Of a stretch of DNA of 64,000 nucleotides, positions 53,458 through 62,892 are shown piece after piece. The notes beneath the pieces were generated by a model. The model saw nothing but the letters and a program-made list of their open reading frames with translations. It had not been told where the DNA came from and did no database searches. Each line of letters starts with the position of its first letter. The stretch's first letter is position 1. Source of the stretch: an uncultured Nitrospiraceae bacterium (lineage in GTDB: Bacteria > Nitrospirota > Thermodesulfovibrionia > Thermodesulfovibrionales > UBA6898); contig CAWEQH010000008.1 in NCBI GenBank assembly GCA_963811165.1, positions 480,001 to 544,000 of the forward strand, in the 5' to 3' direction. Made by a program: the position numbers and the translations under genes.

Positions 53458-54410
53458 CGGTGAATTTTGTACCAGTCTGCCGTCCATTTTATTCCTTCCC
53501 TTAATGTTATTCTTGAACGAAACCCCAGCTCATCTGTTGCCTTGCTCGAATCGCAAGTCCAGTTGGAATATCGGAAATCATTTATCCTGTCACGGTTAAT
53601 TATACCTTTTTTGTCAATTTTTTGACCCAAAAAAGCTAATAAAGGCAAAACCGATTTGGGCAACCGGATTTTCATCGCTTTCACGCCGATTGCAGACGAT
53701 ATCTCGGCCGCTATAGTCTCGTTAGTATAGACCTTCCCGTCCGATAGAAAGAATGTCTCTCCCTCGGCTTTTTTGCTCTCCGCCGCAAGTATGATGCCCT
53801 GGACCAGGTCTTCTACATAAAGCATCGAATATACGCACTTTCCCCAGAACGGGAATAGCCCCTTCTTTATCATCTTAAACATGACGAAAAAGTCGGTGTC
53901 CCTCGGCCCGTACACCGCAGGAGGCCTTATGATCGTAACAGGGCACTTACTCCTGTACCTAAGCACCGCCTTCTCCCCCTCGAGCTTGCTCCTGCCATAG
54001 TGAGATACCGGCAAAGGAGGTGAATCCTCTTTCACGGCCCCGCCGCTCCTGCTTGGCCCCGTAGCAGCAAGGCTGCTGACGTAAACGAACCTCTTAAGCC
54101 CTGCGCCCCTACCAGCCGCCACGCGCACTAAGTTCTCCGTGCAGTCTGCATTGGCGTGAAAAAAATCTCTCTCGCAGAGCGCCTTGGTCACCCCGGCAAG
54201 ATGAAATATGTAGTCGAAGCCGCTGATTTCGCCAGCCCGCGATTCAACATCCGCAAGGTCACAAATAATATATTTCAGACCGAGATGTTCTATCCATTTG
54301 AGGTTGGAAGACCTTCTCGTGAGGCACGTCACTTCATAGCCTCGTTCTTTCAAGGTTTCCACAAGATAGCTTCCGATAAAGCCTGCAGCTCCTGTCACCA
54401 GGGCTTTCAT
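53448..54410 (-). CDS. NAD-dependent epimerase/dehydratase (extended SDR), putative ceramide reductase
   Basis: [33 protein letters not shown]. Confidence 0.72.
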   Translation of the reverse strand: MKALVTGAAGFIGSYLVETLKERGYEVTCLTRRSSNLKWIEHLGLKYIICDLADVESRAGEISGFDYIFHLAGVTKALCERDFFHANADCTENLVRVAAGRGAGLKRFVYVSSLAATGPSRSGGAVKEDSPPLPVSHYGRSKLEGEKAVLRYRSKCPVTIIRPPAVYGPRDTDFFVMFKMIKKGLFPFWGKCVYSMLYVEDLVQGIILAAESKKAEGETFFLSDGKVYTNETIAAEISSAIGVKAMKIRLPKSVLPLLAFLGQKIDKKGIINRDRINDFRYSNWTCDSSKATDELGFRSRITLREGIKWTADWYKIHRWL

Positions 54411-54513
54411 GAGTTACTTATTGTTATGGAAAGGGCCAATAATAGTCAAGAAGAAATACGCGCTTCGCGAACTCTCCCCGACTAACCCCTCACGTCCTTC
54501 ATCAAAACTTTTT

Positions 54514-55608
54514 TTACTGCGACCCGTAACTATGAAGGCCCGAAAGCAGGAGATTTACGCCGAGATAAGTGAAGATCACCGCGATAAATCCCAGGACGGC
54601 AACCATGGCGACTCTTTTCCCCCTCCACCCGCGCATGAGGCGACTGTGGAGATAGAAGGCATAAAAAAACCACGTGATAAGCGACCAGGTTTCCTTCGGG
54701 TCCCAGGTCCAATACTTCCCCCACGCCTGGTCGGCCCAGATCGCCCCGAATATGAGCCCTCCCAGGGTAAAGATCGGAAATCCCATCGCAATGCTTTTAT
54801 AGGTTATTTCATCGAGGGTCTCCGCAGAGATATTGAGGGCGGTAATGATTTTCTTAAGTGCGCCGCCGAACCTCCAGACGACGAAGGTAAACGCCGCCGA
54901 CACGCCAAGGCTCAGGAAGGCTATTGCGGATGAACTGTTCCGGAACGTGGCCTTAAAGAGATAGCTCTTTATCAGTTCCTCCTGGCTCTTTACCGAGACT
55001 TTGAAAGTCATATAATCCAAACCCATTGCGCAGAGTACTATGATAAAGACGCTGAGCATGATCGTCCAAAACAGATACGCAGGCTCGTTTCTCTTTTCGG
55101 TCTTCACGATGAGATACATAAGTCCCGTGCTGAAGGAGACCGCAAACATCGAATATGAAATAAAGCTCATCATGACATGGGCCAGCAGCCAGTTGCTCTG
55201 CAGGGCGGGCACGAGAGGCTGAATGTCCTTAGACATGCCGGATATATCGATAAACGCAAGGACGAGCGCTGCAACCGGGGTGATAAAGGCGCCGAACGAG
55301 CGGTTTTTGTATCTGAACTCTATCACCAAATAGGCCAGTATCAGACACCAGACGAAAAAAACGAGGGACTCATAGAGATTCGTGAGGGGTACGGCCCTCA
55401 GCCATCCCATCTGGCCGATCTCGTAAAACTCTTTCCATCTGAGCAGGATAGCGAGCGTCTGTGATATAAAACCCGCAACAGTGACCGTCGTCGCCACTAT
55501 CCCCACCTGACGGTTTCTGAACGCAAGATACCCTATGTATAAGACCATGGCAAGGATATATGCGATAGTGGATAACCCGAAAAATACCGAACTTGATGAA
55601 CCGCTCAT
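54514..55608 (-). CDS. ccsB: Cytochrome c biogenesis system II heme-handling protein (ResC/CcsA-type)
   Basis: NLYESL, PALQSNWL..H, WWD motif GAIWADQAWGKYWTWDPKETW, GLHSY. Confidence 0.93.
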   Translation of the reverse strand: MSGSSSSVFFGLSTIAYILAMVLYIGYLAFRNRQVGIVATTVTVAGFISQTLAILLRWKEFYEIGQMGWLRAVPLTNLYESLVFFVWCLILAYLVIEFRYKNRSFGAFITPVAALVLAFIDISGMSKDIQPLVPALQSNWLLAHVMMSFISYSMFAVSFSTGLMYLIVKTEKRNEPAYLFWTIMLSVFIIVLCAMGLDYMTFKVSVKSQEELIKSYLFKATFRNSSSAIAFLSLGVSAAFTFVVWRFGGALKKIITALNISAETLDEITYKSIAMGFPIFTLGGLIFGAIWADQAWGKYWTWDPKETWSLITWFFYAFYLHSRLMRGWRGKRVAMVAVLGFIAVIFTYLGVNLLLSGLHSYGSQ

Positions 55609-57051
55609 CTATTTTCCCCCTTTGTGGCCTTCGCCGAGAAGACCCGCAAGCTTTTCTATGTCGCGTTCAAAGGCCGCCCTGTTTCTGTTGGCAGAGGCGC
55701 CTATCACGATTTTCGAAGCGCCCTTTTCCTCAGCCACGTTGACCCATAACCTCTTATGGCTCATAAAGAATGTGATATAAAGACCTAAGGCCATAATGAT
55801 GCATCCAAGATATACAATCCATACCCCGGGGTCTTTTCTCACCTGTAACCCGGTATATTCCACCCCCCAATAGTCGAGAAACTCGACGCTGCTTCCATCG
55901 GGCAGGCGCCAGGACTGAGGATATCTTTTAAATATCCAGCCCGAGTAGGGTTTGCCCCCCACGTTGGGCAATTCCACGTATATCGCCGGGTTTTTCAGGT
56001 TCGAATCATAGGTGAAGGGCCTGCCTGATTGATCAAAAGAGAGCGCAGGGCTGAAATTAGACACATGCCCTTCCACGGATGACCCCGGCATCGTGAAGGT
56101 CCCGCCTATCCGTATGTTGGCCTGGGTGCTCTTTCCGTCACTTGAGACGATGCGCAGCACAAGTATCCCGTTGCTCATGTTCTCCCGTACAGGACCGTAG
56201 CTCGATTGGTAAAAAGTGATGCCGCCGTACGAAAGCGGATCGTTTACCGATATGACTTTTTTCAGCACCTCTTTGCCGTCCTGTAACACGGTAAGCCAAC
56301 TCTTGTATGACTTGGGCATGTCGCTGTCGCCGTAATATTCCACTTCAAAGTTGTCACATCGCAACTGGAACCCCAGCGGCACTTCTGTCCCTCTGTCTTT
56401 GTAAGCCACTGAGGTAGTTTCACCTTCCGGCAGATTGAGGACCGCGTTGAAACCGAACTTCAGGCCTATGATCGCCCCGGCCAGGATTATCAGGATGCTC
56501 ATATGCGTGATATACACGCCCAGCCTCGTAAAGTTGCCTTTTTCCGCACGGAACTGGAAACCATTTTCTGCGGAAGATTCGACCGGCTTAAACCCGATCT
56601 TTCCTATCGCGGAGGACACATCCTCCCTGCTTCCTGAGGCCTTGCCTTTTATCGCAAAACTTTTTCTTATGGACATCTTTTCAAGATGCTCCATGGATAG
56701 CGGCCGGATAGTCTCCCGGACAAGTTTCAAAATCCTGGGCAGTCTGTCCAGGGAACAGACAATCAGGTTTGCGGCAAACAGGAGAAGGAAAGTAACAAAC
56801 CACCACGAGTGGTACATATTCATGAACCCGAGGCTGTCAAGAACGCCGTAGATGCTGTGGGCAGTTTCATGCCCCACCCCGAATATCTTGATAAGGACCT
56901 GGATATTCTTCTCCGGCTCGACGTTTTGCTCGATAACCGTCCCGACCATGGATGTCAGCGCGATGAGTGAAAAGATGACAACAGCTAGCTTGACCGACGC
57001 AAAAAGATCCCAGACGAGGTCTATTACCGACTTATTTTTTCCCTTTTCCAT
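55609..57051 (-). CDS. resB: Cytochrome c biogenesis protein ResB
   Basis: FASVKLA, YHSWWF, CSLDR, YITH, VNDPL..FYQSSY, TGLQVRKDPG. Confidence 0.92.
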   Translation of the reverse strand: MEKGKNKSVIDLVWDLFASVKLAVVIFSLIALTSMVGTVIEQNVEPEKNIQVLIKIFGVGHETAHSIYGVLDSLGFMNMYHSWWFVTFLLLFAANLIVCSLDRLPRILKLVRETIRPLSMEHLEKMSIRKSFAIKGKASGSREDVSSAIGKIGFKPVESSAENGFQFRAEKGNFTRLGVYITHMSILIILAGAIIGLKFGFNAVLNLPEGETTSVAYKDRGTEVPLGFQLRCDNFEVEYYGDSDMPKSYKSWLTVLQDGKEVLKKVISVNDPLSYGGITFYQSSYGPVRENMSNGILVLRIVSSDGKSTQANIRIGGTFTMPGSSVEGHVSNFSPALSFDQSGRPFTYDSNLKNPAIYVELPNVGGKPYSGWIFKRYPQSWRLPDGSSVEFLDYWGVEYTGLQVRKDPGVWIVYLGCIIMALGLYITFFMSHKRLWVNVAEEKGASKIVIGASANRNRAAFERDIEKLAGLLGEGHKGGK

Positions 57052-57165
57052 TAAGAACTCCCCTCAACATTATTCAAATATAATAGAATATTGTTTTTGT
57101 ATAAAACAAGGGAAACGGAGGGGTAGTGTCCCAATTAGGACACCACCAACGGAAGCATATCGGCC

Positions 57166-57633
57166 TTACGCGAGGACCTTCGGTTTGTCTCTTCTTGCGT
57201 CGACGATACAGAGGAAGCCAAAGGGGCTCTTATAGGGGTTGGTCAACTGGTGTACTGTATCGGGGGGAATATAGAGAACATCCATAAACCCCATTTTCCT
57301 CCTCGATTTCCCCGTCCTGACGATACCCTCACCTTTGACGCATATTACGACATGCTCGTGTTTGTGTCTCTCCAGACTGCTGGCCCCCCCGTGGGCGATC
57401 TCGAAATATCGGACATGGAACTTCGTTGATTCCCCATGGGCGCCGATCAACACCCGTCTGATGATATCGGACCATCCCCCTGTCACGGTCTTATACGGCT
57501 CGTCCGAAACACCGCGCCAGACCATATCCCCCTTATGCCTGTAAAGCGCACATCTGTTTGCCTTCTTCGCAGACGATTTCTTTATGCCGCCTATTTCACA
57601 AAAAGATACCTGCTTCACGATTTTTTTCCGCAT
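57166..57633 (-). CDS. Cupin domain protein
   Basis: RYFEI..GG.SSLERHKHEH, YIPPDTVHQ, FGFLCIVD. Confidence 0.85.
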   Translation of the reverse strand: MRKKIVKQVSFCEIGGIKKSSAKKANRCALYRHKGDMVWRGVSDEPYKTVTGGWSDIIRRVLIGAHGESTKFHVRYFEIAHGGASSLERHKHEHVVICVKGEGIVRTGKSRRKMGFMDVLYIPPDTVHQLTNPYKSPFGFLCIVDARRDKPKVLA

Positions 57634-57665
57634 ACTCTAATATCTCCTGCTACCAAGCACTCCAG

Positions 57666-58694
57666 TTAATGATCAAACACTATCAAGGCCTTCAGTGAGT
57701 CACCGGGCACAGAAGTGAGCCTGAAGGCCTCCTGCGTCTGCTCAACCGGGAATCGGTGTGTCACAATCCTTTCGGCCGACACAATCCCTTTTCCTATCAT
57801 CTCACAGGCATCAGCGGTATCGGAGGGTCCGCAGGAATAGCTCGTGATGATATTAATGTCTTGGAAATATAGCCTGTTGGGATCGATTACGAGAGTTTCC
57901 CCCGGCTTTGCAGGCGTAAAAAAGAGGACCTGCCCGCCGGGGCGGACACACCGCAGCCCCTGCGCCATCACCTCCGCGCTATTGGGGCCAACGACAACGA
58001 GTTCGGCCATCTCTCCGCGGGTGATCTCTTGAAGCCCTTCAAAAACTCCGGTGCGCGATACGTCTATTACGTCATCGGCCCCGAATTTACCCGCCATGTC
58101 GAGTCTGAATTTCACCATGTCGGCGCCGATTACCCTGCCGGCGCCCAAGTGCCTGGCCGCAATCATATTGATCATGCCCATTACGCCCAGGCCGATGACC
58201 AGCACGGTATCGCCGCGCCTGATACGCGCCCTTTTGAGACCTTTTAGGACGCAGGCAACGGGTTCGATCAGGGCCGCGTCATCGAAACCCATGTATTGAG
58301 GAATAAGTATCGTATCATTTTCGAGATTCACCGAAGGAACAAGGATGTATTCAGAGACACCCCCGGGGATTATGCGCGAATTTTTCCACGTGTCGCATTG
58401 CACGTAGTCTCCGCGTCTGCAGAACCTGCAGGTGAAGCAGGGGGCGTGATGATGGGTAAAAACCCTGTCGCCCCGTTTAAAGGAGCGGACTTCGCTGCCG
58501 ACTTCCACGACCTCGCCGGAGGGTTCATGGCCTAAAACGAGCGGGGCCTTTTTTTCTATATACCAGGGCATCACGTCACCCGAACAGATCCCGCAGGCCT
58601 TTGTCTTTATCAGGGCATCGCGCGGCCCGATCCCCGGGACAGGGATGTTCTCGATGCGGATATCATCAAAACTATATAATCTCGCGACCTTCAT
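57666..58694 (-). CDS. Zn-dependent alcohol/polyol dehydrogenase (MDR)
   Basis: CGICSGD, GHEPSG, structural Zn CFTCRFC..C, GLGVMG. Confidence 0.9.
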   Translation of the reverse strand: MKVARLYSFDDIRIENIPVPGIGPRDALIKTKACGICSGDVMPWYIEKKAPLVLGHEPSGEVVEVGSEVRSFKRGDRVFTHHHAPCFTCRFCRRGDYVQCDTWKNSRIIPGGVSEYILVPSVNLENDTILIPQYMGFDDAALIEPVACVLKGLKRARIRRGDTVLVIGLGVMGMINMIAARHLGAGRVIGADMVKFRLDMAGKFGADDVIDVSRTGVFEGLQEITRGEMAELVVVGPNSAEVMAQGLRCVRPGGQVLFFTPAKPGETLVIDPNRLYFQDINIITSYSCGPSDTADACEMIGKGIVSAERIVTHRFPVEQTQEAFRLTSVPGDSLKALIVFDH

Positions 58695-58944
58695 GTGTGG
58701 GATTTATTTTAGCATTTCAGGGCAAAGATATAGGTTGCAGAAATAATTGCGCTCTTAGGTGTTCCCTTGAAAATACTCCTTGGGCAGACGTTCGGACATT
58801 TCCCCGTTGCCGTAACACCGTTTCATTCAGGCTTGACGATAGGTTTATCGGCGACTAATATATGTATCCATAACAGACGAATGGGTGATGATTAATGGAT
58901 AGTAAGCAGACGTTGAAAAATCTTGGAAGATTCTCCGGAGCGAA

Positions 58945-59736
58945 ATGCGAGGCAGGTTGAAGACAGCCGGAGTTGAAACGGTCCTCGTCGTCGTTGGTGT
59001 GCTTCTTTTTATGGGCGCGGCATGGGCGGGGCCTCCTTTCTTTACGGACGACCCGGAGCCGGTAGAGTACCATCATTGGGAAGTCTACCTGGCTTCGCAG
59101 TGGGCCCATGACAAGCAAGCGGGGACATCGGGTACGCTGCCTCATCTTGAAGTCAACTACGGACCGGCCCAGGATCTGCATCTGCATGTCCTCATCCCGG
59201 CGGCCTACTCGGCGCCCAGCGAGGGTCCGACGCAGTATGGCCTGGGAGATATGGAACTGGGGATAAAGTACCGCTTCATTCATGAAGACGAACAGGGGTG
59301 GAGACCCCAGGCAGGGACCTTTCCCATTGTTGTCCTTCCCACGGGCAGCAGTTCGCGGGGACTGGGTGAAGGCCGCGTGAAAGTCTTATTTCCCCTCTGG
59401 CTCCAGAAGAGTTGGGGACCATGGACGACATACGGCGGCGGTGGATACTGGTATCACCCCGGCGAAGACAATAAAAACTACTGGTTTGCCGGATGGCTTC
59501 TGCAGCGTGAGTTCTCCAAGATGCTGACGATCGGGGCTGAGATCTTTAATACCTCGCCCAAGGCAAAAGGCGAGAGCGACGAAACAGGGGTTACCGTAGG
59601 AGGGTATCTTAACCTGGGTGAAGAACACCATATCCTTTTCTCCGCAGGCCGCGACGTAAAGGGGCCGAACACCTTTTTGGGATACCTTGCCTTCCAGTGG
59701 ACATTTGGTCCCAGGGAAGAGAAAAAAGCTGAGTAG
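58945..59736 (+). CDS. Putative outer-membrane beta-barrel ('transporter'/MetA-pathway-like)
   Basis: Signal peptide, GPPFFTDDPEP, GLGDMELGIKYRF, aromatic-rich beta strands, terminal FQWTF. Confidence 0.75.
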   Translation: MRGRLKTAGVETVLVVVGVLLFMGAAWAGPPFFTDDPEPVEYHHWEVYLASQWAHDKQAGTSGTLPHLEVNYGPAQDLHLHVLIPAAYSAPSEGPTQYGLGDMELGIKYRFIHEDEQGWRPQAGTFPIVVLPTGSSSRGLGEGRVKVLFPLWLQKSWGPWTTYGGGGYWYHPGEDNKNYWFAGWLLQREFSKMLTIGAEIFNTSPKAKGESDETGVTVGGYLNLGEEHHILFSAGRDVKGPNTFLGYLAFQWTFGPREEKKAE

Positions 59737-59842
59737 TCCAAGTTCCCCATCTTGTTACCGCATGATCCATATCGGCATTAGGAATGCCCGCTGGATGAAG
59801 GAGATAATCAAGCCGGGAGGATAAGGGGCAGGAGGATGGCTT

Positions 59843-60859
59843 TCACGGAGCCAGGGCATACTTGATGCCGTCGCCCTTGACCAACCTTGCAAAAACTTCC
59901 TTGATGTCCTTAAGCGGATACGTCCCTGAGATCAATTTTCGCACATCTACTTTCCTGTCCTTCAGAAGTCCGAATGCCTTTGCAACATCATGAGGGGTAA
60001 AGTGAAATGTGCCCGACAGGGTTATTTCGTCGTAGTGAAGTCTCTCGGCCTTAAACCTCACGACGGCCCCGCTCTTGCACCCGCCGAAAAGAACAATAGT
60101 CCCTCCTTTGCGTACATACTCCACCGCGGCCTCCCAGATGTCAGGCTGTCCGGTACATTCGAAGATATAATCCGCTCCGATGCCCTCGGTAAAATCGCGC
60201 ACCGCCTTTATGGTTTGAGAAGGGTCGAAAACAAGATCTGCGCCAAGTTTTTTGGCGGTCTTCAGCCTTTCTTCCTCGAGGCCGGTTATCAGCACCTTCG
60301 CCCCTTTTGATTTCGCAAGAATCAGATGAAGAAGACCGATAGGCCCGGCCCCGATAATGAACACCGTATCGCCTTTCTTTATCCCCAGGGGCTCCATGCC
60401 GTGGACCACGCAGGACAGAGGCTCCAGGAATGCGGCTTCATCGAAACCCAAAGCTTTCGGCTTCATGAAGACATTTTGCTTGACAATATGCCTGGGAATC
60501 AGAAGGTATTCCGCGTAGGCGCCAAGCACCTTTGTCGACATCAGGTTTTCACAAAGATGAAAAAGTCCTTTTTTGCAATAGCAACATTTCAGGCACGGTG
60601 CGCTATGGACCGCCATAATCGGGTCTCCGATCCCGAACTTACTTGCGCCTTTGCCCCTTTCAACCACAATGCCGGAAAATTCGTGTCCGAAAGGCCCCGG
60701 CATGGGGATAAGGGAATGGCCCCTTATAAAAGCCTTAAGATCGGTCCCGCAGGTAAGGGATGACTTTACCTCTATCAGCAATTCCCCCTCGCCTGGTTCG
60801 GGTATGGCTGTTTCCTGCAGCTCTATTTCGCCGGGTTTAGCTAAGATCGCTGAGAGCAA
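59843..60859 (-). CDS. Zn-dependent alcohol dehydrogenase (MDR)
   Basis: TCGTD, GHEFSG, CLKCCYC..C, GAGPIG. Confidence 0.9.
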   Translation of the reverse strand: MLSAILAKPGEIELQETAIPEPGEGELLIEVKSSLTCGTDLKAFIRGHSLIPMPGPFGHEFSGIVVERGKGASKFGIGDPIMAVHSAPCLKCCYCKKGLFHLCENLMSTKVLGAYAEYLLIPRHIVKQNVFMKPKALGFDEAAFLEPLSCVVHGMEPLGIKKGDTVFIIGAGPIGLLHLILAKSKGAKVLITGLEEERLKTAKKLGADLVFDPSQTIKAVRDFTEGIGADYIFECTGQPDIWEAAVEYVRKGGTIVLFGGCKSGAVVRFKAERLHYDEITLSGTFHFTPHDVAKAFGLLKDRKVDVRKLISGTYPLKDIKEVFARLVKGDGIKYALAP

Positions 60860-60863
60860 CGGG

Positions 60864-61112
60864 TTAGAACTCTATCTTCCCGCCGACGATCTGGCCGGTG
60901 AGTGCGGCAGCAACGAAGATCGGGACGTATTGGAACCCAAGATGAGAAGAGACCCTGGCGAAGAAGATAAGCGGGATCGGCAGATGTATGCACAGGAACC
61001 AGTTAAGAGAAAATTTCTTCGTCCGGTTTCTGAGGTGGCCGAACAACAGGTTGATCATGACCGTCAGGGAAAAAAGACCGAAAATAACGGCCAATTTAGA
61101 AGTAGTATCCAT
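60864..61112 (-). CDS. Small membrane protein (about 82 aa)
   Basis: MDTTSKLAVIFG..NLLFGHLR..KKFS..WFLCIHLPIP..GQIVG; start re-placed at ATG 61112 behind TTGACT-17-TATTTT. Confidence 0.7.
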   Translation of the reverse strand: MDTTSKLAVIFGLFSLTVMINLLFGHLRNRTKKFSLNWFLCIHLPIPLIFFARVSSHLGFQYVPIFVAAALTGQIVGGKIEF

Positions 61113-61267
61113 TTTTTTAAAAATAGCGCAAATAAGGGGATAAGTCAAGCGCGGACAGCATAAATGTGACTTTTCGGCCGCTTTTTGGCCGGTTGATATC
61201 CCGACAGTCAGGGCAATTTTTTACTCATGCCCGGTCTCCCCACTATCCTTAACGGAAGTGCCCCCTA

Positions 61268-61296
61268 TTGACACAACCGATATTCGTTTGTAGCAT
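61268..61296 (+). promoter_or_regulatory. sigma70-type promoter (leaderless) of the HPF/CSD gene
   Basis: TTGACA-17nt-TAGCAT-6nt-ATG. Confidence 0.7.
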
Positions 61297-61302
61297 GAGT
61301 AC

Positions 61303-61881
61303 ATGCAAGTACCGATCAAGGTAGTGTATAGGAGTCTGCTGCCTCAGTATAAAGAAGGCATCGAAGGCGAGGTCCGGCTTCTGGCCGGAAAACTCGACAA
61401 GTTTCATCCGGGCATCATCAGTTGCAGGATAGTAGTCGAGATGCCTCATAAACGCCACCATGAAGGCAACCTCTTCAGGGCCACGATAACACTGAACGTC
61501 CCGGACAAACAGATCGTGGTGAGCCGGGAGCATCCGGTCAGTCAAATCAATGAAAACATCTATGTCGCTGTCCGCCACGCCTTTGACGATGCGATACGCC
61601 AGCTTGAGGAGTACGACCTTATCAAATCCAGGGACGTCAAAGACCATGACCTTCATCCCCACGGGGTCGTCTCCAAGCTTTTCACAAAGGATGGGTACGG
61701 TTTTATCGAGAGTTCAGACGGCAGGGAGATCTATTTCCATAAAAACAGCGCACTGGACGGGTTCAAGAAACTCAAGATAGGGGTAGCGGTCCGCTTCGAG
61801 GAAGAGGAAGGGGAGAAAGGGCCGCAGGCAAGCACGGTAAAGGTCCTCAGAAAGGTCCCCGCCTTCCACAGGCGTCACTGA
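61303..61881 (+). CDS. HPF/RaiA domain plus cold-shock domain fusion protein
   Basis: MQVPIKV..KLDKF..ISCRIVVE.PH HPF-like part; GYGFI..DGREIYFH..KGPQAS cold-shock domain. Confidence 0.88.
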   Translation: MQVPIKVVYRSLLPQYKEGIEGEVRLLAGKLDKFHPGIISCRIVVEMPHKRHHEGNLFRATITLNVPDKQIVVSREHPVSQINENIYVAVRHAFDDAIRQLEEYDLIKSRDVKDHDLHPHGVVSKLFTKDGYGFIESSDGREIYFHKNSALDGFKKLKIGVAVRFEEEEGEKGPQASTVKVLRKVPAFHRRH

Positions 61882-61916
61882 CCCTGTATTTGTTGTCTGT
61901 GTAAAGTGGGTTCTAA

Positions 61917-61992
61917 GTCATTCCGGCGGTGTGTTGAGCCGGAATCCAGGCTTTTTCAATACTTCTGGATGCCGGATCAAGTCCGGCATGAC
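61917..61992. repeat. Palindromic intergenic element (GTCATTCCGG...CCGGCATGAC type)
   Basis: GTCATTCCGGC..GCCGGAATCCAG ... CTGGATGCCGGATCAAGTCCGGCATGAC, between convergent genes. Confidence 0.8.
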
Positions 61993-62038
61993 GGCACAAG
62001 GAAATGAACACAGGCCTTAAATTTTCCGCCAGTATGAA

Positions 62039-62371
62039 TCAGAAATCGGGAAACATCTTGAGATAGAAAAACCTGTCCTCTCCGATCGATCTGCGCGCCG
62101 AAAGGATACCGCCCTCTATATACTCTAGTTGAAAGTCTTTATAGCCTCTTGAAACGAAGCCCTTCGCATCTGCCGGGCAGCCGCGCTCGCATCCCACTAC
62201 CCCTTTGATCATCGCAGGAATAAGACCTCTAACATCCGCCCCGGCAATGGCGATTCCCTTTGAGGAAGCAAATCGATCGATTTTGCCTACCACTTCGTCG
62301 AGGTCAAGATGAAAGGGGTCCGAGATCTCTATCGATATCGAATCTTTATCTATAGCGGCATCAAGAATCAT
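62039..62371 (-). CDS. Hypothetical protein with a GCERGCP motif
   Basis: 110 aa; SD GGGAGG; CxxxC. Confidence 0.7.
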   Translation of the reverse strand: MILDAAIDKDSISIEISDPFHLDLDEVVGKIDRFASSKGIAIAGADVRGLIPAMIKGVVGCERGCPADAKGFVSRGYKDFQLEYIEGGILSARRSIGEDRFFYLKMFPDF

Positions 62372-62745
62372 GAACTAAACCTCCCGTTATTTCGCGCAGT
62401 GACAACTTATCAGAAAATCATATTGCAAGTCTATTGTACACATCAAGATCAGTCAGAGCAAAAAGAGGGCGTCACAGGCCGTCATATAGCCGCTTTGCAA
62501 CTTCCCATCTATACGAATATCCGGGGCCATTCCGGCCAACTGCGTCCACTCACGGGAGCGGTAAGTCTATTTCGCCAGGAACCACTCCTGGAGATGTACT
62601 TCCTCCTACCGACTGAGACCTGCAATCGTCTTGTCGGCACTGAAAGTTTCAAGCAGAAATCGGTGGGATAAGACATTTGTCTCAATTTCTAAGATAATTT
62701 GACAATTGCGTCTTTCCATGATAAAGGTTGACCGGATGGGGAAAA

Positions 62746-62828
62746 TCCCGATAAAGCCAAACAGCCTGTAAGAACGGGACGGAAAAAGGCGGATCTTAAA
62801 TGGATAAGATGGGCAAGCTGCTGCAGGA
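62746..62828 (+). ncRNA. Degenerate c-di-GMP-I (GEMM-I)-like riboswitch
   Basis: CGATAAAGCCAAAC..GTAA..GGGACGGAAA..GGATCTTA..TAAGAT.. in the 5' region of the 62893 gene; P2 pairing is poor. Confidence 0.5.
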
Positions 62829-62892
62829 TTAAACAGGAAATTATGAGCGGGGTATTTTTATGATGACTACGTAGGGAGAGGAAAGAGACGCA

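Noticed and set aside
62575..62670. Possible structured RNA (TCCTACCGA/TCGGTGGGA stem)
   Set aside because: A single moderate stem with no family landmarks; cannot be supported without covariance analysis
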